From the NCBI GenBank assembly GCA_044870765.1, contig JBIOZG010000001.1, forward strand, positions 1 through 10,739: a stretch of DNA of 10,739 nucleotides, in the 5' to 3' direction. The stretch's first letter is position 1, and every line of letters starts with the position of its first letter. Source of the DNA: Nitrososphaeraceae archaeon (GTDB taxonomy: Archaea; Thermoproteota; Nitrososphaeria; Nitrososphaerales; Nitrososphaeraceae). Below are positions 1 through 6,534 of this stretch, in pieces. The position numbers and the translations under genes were made by a program. Under the pieces are notes generated by a model that ran no database searches, had not been told where the DNA came from, and saw only the letters and a list, made by a program, of their open reading frames with translations.

Positions 1-1
1 T

Positions 2-1843
2 GTATTCGTGCCGGAGGACATCATTGCCGAAGCAACGGGACCTGAGGGCAGAATAGTAAATTATAAGGCCAATGCGACAGACATTGTCGACGGAAATCTT
101 GCTACAGTTTGTAATCCGAAATCAGGCTCCACATTTGCTCTAGGTCAGACAAGAGTGGAATGTACGGCAAACGACAAGGCTGGTAACAATGGGAAGAATG
201 AATTTGTCATTACTGTTAGAGATACCACTCCTCCTGAAACCATACTAGGGAACGTAACGGTTGGCTGGTTGGGTTCAATAACCTCTGGTGATACGACTCC
301 ATCTGTTGATATTAATTTTGACTTTAACGGTACCGACTTGGTAGGGATAAGCCACTATGAATGCCGATTAGACAATGGAGCGTGGAAGTCAACTCATACA
401 TTGTCAGACTTAGTCGGTGAAAAAATTAACATTTGTACTTATACTGGGGTACGCGATCCAGGCAGTCATAACTTTCAAGTGAGAGCCGTTGATACTTCCG
501 AAAATAAGGATCCTAGTCCCCCTAGTTTTATGTGGAATATAGAATCACCAGTTGAGGCCACACAAGAATTGATCACTCAAGTAAACAATATTTACCCGAC
601 CCTCCAGTTAGATCCTCCACTTCACCAAGTAGTTGAAGATTTATCCGACACATCAACATCTAATGATGCCAACTCGTGTTATTTGTTCAATTCATTTATG
701 AATGAAATCAAAGTTCAGAATATGATCGGAAGTCTGAGTCTAACTGATCTTAATGGTTTTGCTATAACAACACTTGCAATCACGAACAATATCGGTTGTC
801 CCCCACCAATTGCAAATGCAGGTTCACATCAGAGTGTTGAAGCGGGAGAAAAAGGTGTGATATTAGATGGAAGCGACTCTTTATATGCTGATAATCCTCC
901 CAGTATCAAATGGAAGCAAACTGGTGGAAGTCCTAAAGTAGAGATCAAAAACTCTGGAAAGGCAAAGGCCACTTTTGATGCTCCTACCTCCGATCAATTC
1001 AAAGATGTTGGAAATAGCACTACGCTTAGCTTCGAGTTAACCGCGGTTGGCGCCGGAGATTTAAAGTCAACTGCTATTACGTCAGTAACAGTAAATGCAG
1101 TGAACACTCCACCGGTTACAGAATCTGCAGTGAACACTCCACCGATTGCAAAATCACAGAGAGTTACCACAGACAGGGATACATCTGCACCTATAACTCT
1201 TGATGCTACTGATAAGGATAGTGATAGCTTAACCTATTCGATAGGAACTACCCCCAATCATGGGTCACTAAGCTCCTTTGATGAAGATACTGGATCAGTT
1301 GTTTACAATCCAAACAATGGGTATACAGGATCAGATAGCTTTACATTTACTGTTGGCGATGAAAGTTCAACTAGCAATACTGCCAAGGTCTCCATAACTG
1401 TCAATCCTGTAACACATATTAATAGCCCGCCGGTTGCCGAATCACAGGATGTTACGACAAACAGGGATACATCTGCACCTATAACCCTTGATGCTACTGA
1501 TAAGGATGGTGATAGCTTAATCTATTCGCTAGGAACTACGCCCAATCATGGGTCACTGAGCCCCTTTGATGAAGATACTGGATCAGTTGTTTACAATCCA
1601 ATCAGTGGGTATACAGGATCAGATGGCTTTACATTTACTGTTAGCGATGAAAGTTCAACTAGCAATACTGCCAAGGTCTCCATAACTGTCAATCCTGTAT
1701 CAAATATTAATGCCACGTCGGCTCCTGAAAACGAAAACGGAAATGAAGATCAAAGTACTCTGTCTGATACTGCTTCTCTACCTTCTAATCAAAGTACTAT
1801 GCCTAATACTACTCCTTCTCTACCTTCTAATGAGACAGACTAG
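2..1843 (+). CDS. Multidomain cell-surface/secreted protein, 5'-partial: HYR domain, Ig/FN3-like domain, helical FIMAH-like domain, PKD/K319L-like domain, 2x Big_9 (cadherin-like) repeats, S/T/N-rich tail
   Basis: The frame is open from base 2 (GTA TTC GTG CCG = VFVPEDIIAEAT), so the GTG at 8 is probably internal. HYR signature PEDIIAEATGP..CNPKSGSTFALGQTRVECTANDKAGN..ITVRDTTPP; Ig-like DTTPPET..YECRLDNGAW..HNFQVRAVDTSENKDPSP; PKD-like PPIANAG..VILDGSDS..WKQTGG..ATFDAP..LSFELT; two NxPPxAxSQxVTT..ITLDATDKD.D.L.Y..P.HGSL..VVYNP..GYTGSD.FTFTV.D units. Confidence 0.9.
   Translation, partial: VFVPEDIIAEATGPEGRIVNYKANATDIVDGNLATVCNPKSGSTFALGQTRVECTANDKAGNNGKNEFVITVRDTTPPETILGNVTVGWLGSITSGDTTPSVDINFDFNGTDLVGISHYECRLDNGAWKSTHTLSDLVGEKINICTYTGVRDPGSHNFQVRAVDTSENKDPSPPSFMWNIESPVEATQELITQVNNIYPTLQLDPPLHQVVEDLSDTSTSNDANSCYLFNSFMNEIKVQNMIGSLSLTDLNGFAITTLAITNNIGCPPPIANAGSHQSVEAGEKGVILDGSDSLYADNPPSIKWKQTGGSPKVEIKNSGKAKATFDAPTSDQFKDVGNSTTLSFELTAVGAGDLKSTAITSVTVNAVNTPPVTESAVNTPPIAKSQRVTTDRDTSAPITLDATDKDSDSLTYSIGTTPNHGSLSSFDEDTGSVVYNPNNGYTGSDSFTFTVGDESSTSNTAKVSITVNPVTHINSPPVAESQDVTTNRDTSAPITLDATDKDGDSLIYSLGTTPNHGSLSPFDEDTGSVVYNPISGYTGSDGFTFTVSDESSTSNTAKVSITVNPVSNINATSAPENENGNEDQSTLSDTASLPSNQSTMPNTTPSLPSNETD
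1096..1144 (+). repeat. 30-bp-period tandem duplication (AVNTPPVTES / AVNTPPIAKS)
   Basis: TGCAGTGAACACTCCACCG occurs identically at 1096-1114 and 1126-1144. Confidence 0.9.
1133..1699 (+). repeat. Intragenic direct repeat, 288-bp period (two Big_9 domains)
   Basis: 1173-1411 aligns without gaps to 1461-1699 with about 11 mismatches in 239 nt by manual count; weaker similarity extends back to about 1133/1421. Confidence 0.95.
1751..1831 (+). repeat. Imperfect 39/42-bp tandem repeat in the low-complexity C-terminal tail (QSTLSDTA-SLPSN / QSTMPNTTPSLPSN)
   Basis: CAAAGTACT...TCTCTACCTTCTAAT at 1751-1789 and 1790-1831. Confidence 0.85.
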
Positions 1844-2040
1844 ACAACCGGTAAATCAATATTCCCCCTATAAATGCTATGAGTGCTTCTGTTCCAGGAC
1901 TCTTATGTGGTAACGTCTACTAAATTGTTAATAAGTTTGGTAACTGTTTGTGAATTACGCTAGTATCATCTACTATTCGTCCAGTTTGAGGATAAAAGCT
2001 GCATCATTTTATGATCTAGAAAATTAGACAATATCCTCAA
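1841..2040 (-). pseudogene. Decayed remnant of a zinc-ribbon + TM2-type membrane protein gene
   Basis: The minus strand at 1913-1860 reads LPHKSPGTEALIAFIGGI, resembling the KSPGTAAL.AFIGGIF.LPG motif I recall from thaumarchaeal zinc-ribbon/TM2 proteins. Upstream, a degenerate NDAAF/YPQTG (cf. DAAFCPxCG) is separated from it by a frameshift and two TAG stops. The family assignment is from memory, not a search. Confidence 0.5.
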
Positions 2041-2121
2041 TCTAGTAACATTCAATCTCCTGAACTTTTAATTATTAGGTCTAATGTGTATATCTAGTGT
2101 AAAATCTAAAAGGCGCGACTC

Positions 2122-2862
2122 TCAGCTAGCGAGAGCAAACTCCCTAGGATCCAATAAGTTAAATTCCTCAAGAAAGGACTCCCAAGATAGTTCACGTGAA
2201 TCTATCTTACTTTTTCTCACTTTGTCCAAATTATTAATCCCTTTTTTAAAGCGTTCTGTACTCATCACTAATCCGTAGTAGTCTCTTACTCTTTCTAATG
2301 TAGTCTTATAATGCTCTTTAATTCCTGATGCCGTAGCATCACTTATCAACGCTACATCATATCCTATGTTAAATCCCTCTCTCAATGATGTCTCTACACA
2401 AATTGAAGTATCGATTCCAGTAAAAACTAGGAAGTTGATGCCTTCGCTCTGAAGCCAGACCCGTAATTCTGTATCTTGGAAAGCTGAATCTCTCCGTTTG
2501 ATAACTACATGGTCATTCTTTTTTGGCTTTAGCTTATCAAGCGTAACTCCATCCCATGTTCCTCTTATACAGATAGGAAACTTCAGTCGCTCTTGCCTTG
2601 ATTTTGGTAGAAAGTTATGGATTTTTGTCAACAGATCAATTCCGCTAGCCTCCTTGACTGCTTCGGTATAAAAAATAGGAATTTCTTTACTCCTGCAGAA
2701 TTCGATTAGATTCTTCAGCTTTGGTATTATCTTTCTGTAATTTGAGGTCTTCATGCCTAATTTATCATATGAACCACCTTTGCTAACAAAACCATTCTGC
2801 ATATCTACAACGATTAAGGCAGGTACAACTTTACGTCCTGATGGGAAATTGACTTGGAACAT
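2122..2862 (-). CDS. Isochorismatase-family cysteine hydrolase, RutB (ureidoacrylate amidohydrolase)-like
   Basis: Catalytic triad motifs: ALIVVDMQNGF (Asp), VVIKRRDSAFQDT (Lys), FTGIDTSICVETSLREG (Cys), followed by DVALISDATAS. The segments DMQNGFVSKGGSYDKLG and LVFTGIDTSICVE resemble RutB. Confidence 0.92.
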   Translation of the reverse strand: MFQVNFPSGRKVVPALIVVDMQNGFVSKGGSYDKLGMKTSNYRKIIPKLKNLIEFCRSKEIPIFYTEAVKEASGIDLLTKIHNFLPKSRQERLKFPICIRGTWDGVTLDKLKPKKNDHVVIKRRDSAFQDTELRVWLQSEGINFLVFTGIDTSICVETSLREGFNIGYDVALISDATASGIKEHYKTTLERVRDYYGLVMSTERFKKGINNLDKVRKSKIDSRELSWESFLEEFNLLDPREFALAS

Positions 2863-2889
2863 TTTCTGTGCTCGTTATAAATTTCAAAA

Positions 2890-2897
2890 TATATAAG
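2890..2897 (-). promoter_or_regulatory. Putative archaeal TATA box for the cysteine hydrolase gene
   Basis: Minus strand CTTATATA lies 28-35 nt upstream of the ATG at 2862. Confidence 0.45.
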
Positions 2898-2929
2898 CAT
2901 ATTCTCCTACAGATCACAACATTCTCTTC

Positions 2930-3165
2930 TAAAAAACCAAACCAGGTAATAGAAAATATTTACTTTAGTTAAGAGGTACTTAATGAAATTAAAAGACTTT
3001 GGGAAGGCAAGCCTCCAAAAAAAATAAGAGATATGGAAAAAACAAGGCTATAGACTTTCAAGAAAAATATTATCCACAATCTATGAAAGGCAGGATGGAT
3101 AGGATCAGGAGGATAATTGATGGTTTTTGTCACTGCAGCAAATTTAATACTCATTTATTAAAATA
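2930..3165 (+). pseudogene. Possible decayed gene fragment
   Basis: The plus strand gives KKPNQVIENIYFS*EVLNEIKRLWEGKPPKK and, after a frame change at the A8 run (3017-3024), RYGKNKAIDFQEKYYPQSMKGRMDRIRRIIDGF. It looks protein-like, but no start or family was recognised. Confidence 0.25.
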
Positions 3166-3470
3166 AAAGATGGGAGAAATTACTTTAGTAGTATGCTACT
3201 GTTCTGAGCTTGTACCAATTCAATGAATAAATGAATAGCAGTTATTTCAAGAAAGAAAAATAAATAAAATTGGTTGATGCCTGTATTTGGAGGACCAGGC
3301 ACCAGCCTATCATCTCTTCAGTATTGGATCATTTCTTAATTGATGATAGATTATTTTAGGCGAAAATTTTATTTAAAATTTTCTAATATTAAATTCAATT
3401 CTACTTTACTTCATGACTCAACGTAGGTGTTTACATAAATGGTAAAAAAAAGGAAGTTGAGTCAGCGTAA

Positions 3471-3797
3471 TTATTGTCCTTCCTTCAGAGACTGTAGGTT
3501 CATCAGCTGTTGCAATGCATACAATGCGTCAAGGGTCTTAACAGCTTCCTTAGGGTCTTCCATTGCTTTGATCTTTTCAATGGCGTCCTTCACCTTCGAG
3601 TCTTGTTGTATATCGGACAAAGTTGGATTATCTTGTTTCAAGACCTTAATCCATTGATCTACATTTGCTCCCTTAGTCTGGTTTCCCTGGGTCTCGTTCC
3701 CCTGAGCGTTCACTGCCTTCATTGTCGGTATGGCGAGAAACGCCCCTGATAAAAGTACCGTTGCTACTATGGTTAGCATTCCTAATTGTTTATTCAT
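3471..3797 (-). CDS. Small secreted hypothetical protein (signal peptide + helical domain)
   Basis: N-terminus MNKQLGMLTIVATVLLSGAFLAIPTMKAVNA-Q has a basic residue, a hydrophobic core and a VNA cleavage-type site. QGNETQGNQT contains two N-x-T sequons. A TATA-like box lies upstream. Confidence 0.85.
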   Translation of the reverse strand: MNKQLGMLTIVATVLLSGAFLAIPTMKAVNAQGNETQGNQTKGANVDQWIKVLKQDNPTLSDIQQDSKVKDAIEKIKAMEDPKEAVKTLDALYALQQLMNLQSLKEGQ

Positions 3798-3819
3798 AGT
3801 ACTGTAATTAGTAATAATA

Positions 3820-3827
3820 CTATAAAT
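3820..3827 (-). promoter_or_regulatory. Putative TATA box (leaderless transcript) for the secreted protein gene
   Basis: Minus strand ATTTATAG, with TTTATA 24-29 nt upstream of the ATG at 3797 and no SD sequence. Confidence 0.5.
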
Positions 3828-4036
3828 TACTATAATCCACTGGGTGCATCTCCCCGCAACAAAAACTCATAAAGCGAATTACTCTAGTCGTTAAAACCAA
3901 TTTTGGAATTAATATTGTCACATTGTTATTTCGAATATGAAATAATTTAATCTTATCTTCAACCAGCTGGAAGAGTTATTCATGGAAGTAAAAAGAATAG
4001 AAAGACTTATCTGGACAGCTTTATTATGGGATTTTA

Positions 4037-4525
4037 ATGAAATGGGCTTTTATGTATATTATAGTGGCTACTCTGGCAGTAATTGCAACGTCTTTTGTCG
4101 CCACGCAACAAATTCAAGCCCAGGAAGACAAAATGATTATCACATTCCTCTCAGGCAAAGACGAAGTTCCTCCGACTGAATCTAATGCCAGTGCGTGGGC
4201 CAAATTCCAGTCTGTTGATAATGGTTCACAATTGTCATATTGGGTCAGTATAGTTGGACTGAAGGAAATAACAGGAGCTCATATACATAAGGGAAGTGAA
4301 GTACAAAATGGTGATATTGTAACCGTTTTATCAGAAGCTAAATCTGCTGAAGGAGGGAATGAGACTATCTCGTTAAAGGGAAATATAACAAAAGATGGTC
4401 TACAGGGTCCTTTGGAGGGTAAGGAAGTTTCCGATCTTGTAAGTCTAATGCGGAATGGAAGTGTCTATGTAAACGTACATACTAATGAATATAAGGATGG
4501 AGTTATCCGTGGTCAGATTGGCTAA
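4037..4525 (+). CDS. Secreted CHRD-domain protein
   Basis: Signal peptide ending in QIQA-Q; CHRD motifs LSGKDEVPP..S.ASAWA.F, ITGAHIHKG..NGDIV, YVNVHT..YKDG.IRGQI. Confidence 0.93.
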   Translation: MKWAFMYIIVATLAVIATSFVATQQIQAQEDKMIITFLSGKDEVPPTESNASAWAKFQSVDNGSQLSYWVSIVGLKEITGAHIHKGSEVQNGDIVTVLSEAKSAEGGNETISLKGNITKDGLQGPLEGKEVSDLVSLMRNGSVYVNVHTNEYKDGVIRGQIG

Positions 4526-4914
4526 CCTTCACTACTTTCATTATTGAATTTTAATTCTTTCCTCATTTGTAGCATTTGTAAGAGATTTTCTTGTCCTGCC
4601 TTTAACATTGTTTAGCAACGACCGCAGTAAATCTCAAATCTTGTTTTATTTACAGCATTTCAATTGATTCATCTGGTGAGATTTAAACTTAGATTCATGT
4701 TACTAGATATAGTCAATTAATTATCTGGATCTTTCAACTTTATAATGAGTTGGGTCTCTTCTATTTTTTTGGATAACTTCTAATTCTGTATGTGGCTCAC
4801 AATATAAAAACGATGTATAGCAAATCCTAGATTTATGTACTAACTGCAGAAATGTAAATAAACAAAATGTTTGTGTGCTTTCTAAATCACCATAAAAGGA
4901 TTGAAAATATATTG

Positions 4915-5709
4915 TTATTTAATTCCTTTCATTTGCGCAAGTATCCTCTTTACTAGTTCTTTGTTTCTTTCTGCGTAAACTGGAGATTCAACGTCAATCC
5001 AGTCGATGTGACTGGAAATAGGATAAGAATACAACCGAAAACCAAGTGATGGTAATTTGGCAAGGATATCAAAAGATAGATCTATGCTGTTACCAATTAT
5101 TGAACTATCTCTTTGGTTGTGTATTATTGAGAACAAAGTATTACTAAAAATATATATTCCAAGAGTCTCGGGTAGATCTAATTTTGTAAATGGTTTTTCA
5201 GTAAATTCAATAATTCTGTTAGTTTCATTAGGATCACATATAATCCTACCCGTTTCTTCTCTCCGGTAATCCCTTGTCACAACCATTCCTATCATGTTTT
5301 TTCCACGATTTTTTTGACTTTCATTTAAAAATTTGTATTGTTTGACAAAGCTATCCATATCCAGTGCACACATATTATCAGCAAACCATACAATAAAGGA
5401 CTCGTCACTTCCAATCTCTGTTTCGGCATTCAATATCGCACCTCCAGTCCCATTTTTTTTGTCTTCTACAAACACAATCTGCTTACCTACTATCCTTGCC
5501 TTTCCTTCAAAATAATTAATAATCTGTTTGCCATGGTCATCGAATTCACATACAATAACGAAATTGTCTACCTCTGGAAACCTCGCGAGGTATCTTAATA
5601 TATGATCTATCATTGGTCGTCCGTCTAGAGAGATCATTGGTTTTGGTGTGTATTGAGAAAAAGGTTTCGCTCTACTGCCACTGCCACCTGCAATCAATAA
5701 CACTTTCAG
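4915..5709 (-). CDS. Stand-alone sugar-phosphate nucleotidyltransferase (NTP_transferase family); start at CTG 5709 or GTG 5703
   Basis: (L/M)KVLLIAGGSGSRAKPFSQYTPKPMISLDGRPMIDHIL matches the GGxGTRLxPxTxxxPKPM motif; also GTGGAI, FIVWFADN, IIEFTEKP, GIYIFS and WIDVESP. There is no C-terminal left-handed beta-helix. Confidence 0.9.
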   Translation of the reverse strand: MKVLLIAGGSGSRAKPFSQYTPKPMISLDGRPMIDHILRYLARFPEVDNFVIVCEFDDHGKQIINYFEGKARIVGKQIVFVEDKKNGTGGAILNAETEIGSDESFIVWFADNMCALDMDSFVKQYKFLNESQKNRGKNMIGMVVTRDYRREETGRIICDPNETNRIIEFTEKPFTKLDLPETLGIYIFSNTLFSIIHNQRDSSIIGNSIDLSFDILAKLPSLGFRLYSYPISSHIDWIDVESPVYAERNKELVKRILAQMKGIK

Positions 5710-5715
5710 GTATCA

Positions 5716-5724
5716 TCCTCACCT
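5716..5724 (-). promoter_or_regulatory. Shine-Dalgarno-like element for the nucleotidyltransferase
   Basis: Minus strand AGGTGAGGA; GGTGA lies 9 nt before the CTG at 5709. Confidence 0.55.
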
Positions 5725-5980
5725 GTCATATCATGATTCCGTCCACTCAAATATTCTTATCGGCTTAGCCCGTAATGCCAAATTCTAACAATCATTTAGA
5801 ATATCCCATGCGTGAGAAGATTTTCAAATTAACTATCTCCAAGTATGTTTCAATATTTTAAAAACTTTCAACTCCACAAAGTGGAAAACGTTACCATTAT
5901 GAATGAGGCATTATTTCACAAGACGTTCGATTAGAATGAGAATCATACTATGTATATATTCCTATATGAATACCTTGCAA

Positions 5981-6163
5981 CTACTTCTTTTTTCGTTCGA
6001 ACCTCTTGCGAATCATAGATACGAAGTATGCTATCATCATCAAAAATAATGAAAAACCAAAAGCAGAAACCAACGAAACTCCACCCAGCGAGGACTAGCC
6101 TACGGACGTATCTATGATTACAGCCACCACGACACCACAGTACCAAGGATATGCCTTTATCAT
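5981..6163 (-). pseudogene. Small two-TM membrane protein ORF (60 codons) interrupted by one in-frame TAG (pseudogene or readthrough)
   Basis: MIKAYPWYCGVVVAVIIDTSVG*SSLGGVSLVSAFGFSLFLMMIAYFVSMIRKRFERKKK*: ATG at 6163, TAG at 6097-6095, final TAG at 5983-5981. It has two hydrophobic segments and a strongly basic tail, and starts 7 nt after the upstream small ORF's stop. Confidence 0.6.
6011..6119. repeat. Perfect 13-bp inverted repeat extendable into a long imperfect hairpin
   Basis: AATCATAGATACG (6011-6023) / CGTATCTATGATT (6107-6119); the minus-strand RNA pairs further inward (GUA-G-GCUA with UAGC-A-UAC). Confidence 0.8.
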
Positions 6164-6170
6164 CCATTTA

Positions 6171-6275
6171 TTACGGCTTAAGTATTTGATAGTACAATAA
6201 AGTAGATACAATTGAGGCTACGATAAACGCTGCTATACCAGCTATTATTAATTTCGTTCCACTACTCATTAACAT
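6171..6275 (-). CDS. 34-aa single-pass membrane micro-protein (not in the ORF track)
   Basis: MLMSSGTKLIIAGIAAFIVASIVSTLLYYQILKP*, with a clean hydrophobic helix of about 20 aa flanked by Lys; it ends in tandem TAA TAA. Alternative ATG at 6269. Confidence 0.65.
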   Translation of the reverse strand: MLMSSGTKLIIAGIAAFIVASIVSTLLYYQILKP

Positions 6276-6326
6276 GTCCAAGTCTCACTACTATTTACGC
6301 TTTTTGTTATGTAAAGGCAATTCGGT

Positions 6327-6360
6327 AACATCAAAATCCTCAACATTATGAGGATATGTT
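6327..6360. promoter_or_regulatory. Inverted repeat in the divergent intergenic region (possible regulator site or hairpin)
   Basis: ATCCTCA (6336-6342) -6 nt- TGAGGAT (6349-6355), with flanking AACAT/ATGTT. Confidence 0.3.
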
Positions 6361-6534
6361 TCGAGAACGAATGAAGTTCGGTGTACTGTCTAAGAAAATA
6401 GCCCTATCTGTCTTGGTTTCTCTCAGCGTACTAAATTTATGGTAATTTGCTTGAACGAATAAAAATCTAGTTAGCTTGGGTTTTGAAAAACAATTCTGAA
6501 ATGGGAATAAAGTAAATAGTAAGTCGGGGGTATA

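Noticed and set aside
1173-1699. Near-identical repeat pair as a diversity-generating retroelement TR/VR
   Set aside because: Only about 6 of 11 differences are at adenines of one copy, both copies are in-frame tandem domains, and no reverse transcriptase is in the window.
1710-1913. 67-aa plus-strand ORF with a hydrophobic repeat
   Set aside because: It is an alternate-frame reading of the S/T-rich tail repeat of the large surface protein.
1986-2040. 9-bp inverted repeat TTGAGGATA/TATCCTCAA
   Set aside because: AT-rich with a 37-nt spacer and no target-site duplication or T-tract; compatible with chance.
2969-3154. 61-aa minus-strand hydrophobic ORF
   Set aside because: Its hydrophobicity follows from being the complement of an A-rich strand, and no family was recognised; it cannot be excluded but is not supportable.
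4522-4700. Minus-strand fragments (ISPDESIEML, DLLRSLL, MLKAGQENLLQMLQMRKELK) as another relic
   Set aside because: They require several frameshifts and have no recognisable motif; too weak to call.
2040-4708. Shared 12-mer ATCTAGTAACAT at 2040-2051 (+) and 4697-4708 (-)
   Set aside because: A few 12-mer matches are expected by chance in 10 kb of AT-rich DNA, and nothing suggests terminal repeats of a mobile element.
2084-5598. Short ORFs 2084-2278, 3439-3657, 3510-3749, 3982-4179, 5057-5269, 5333-5515 and 5338-5598
   Set aside because: Antisense or out-of-frame shadows of well-supported genes, with no motifs.
5943-6167. Listed 74-aa ORF MDDKGISLVLWC...
   Set aside because: The overlapping frame starting at 6163 gives a more coherent two-TM protein with a basic tail, so this one looks like its shadow; it is not formally excluded.
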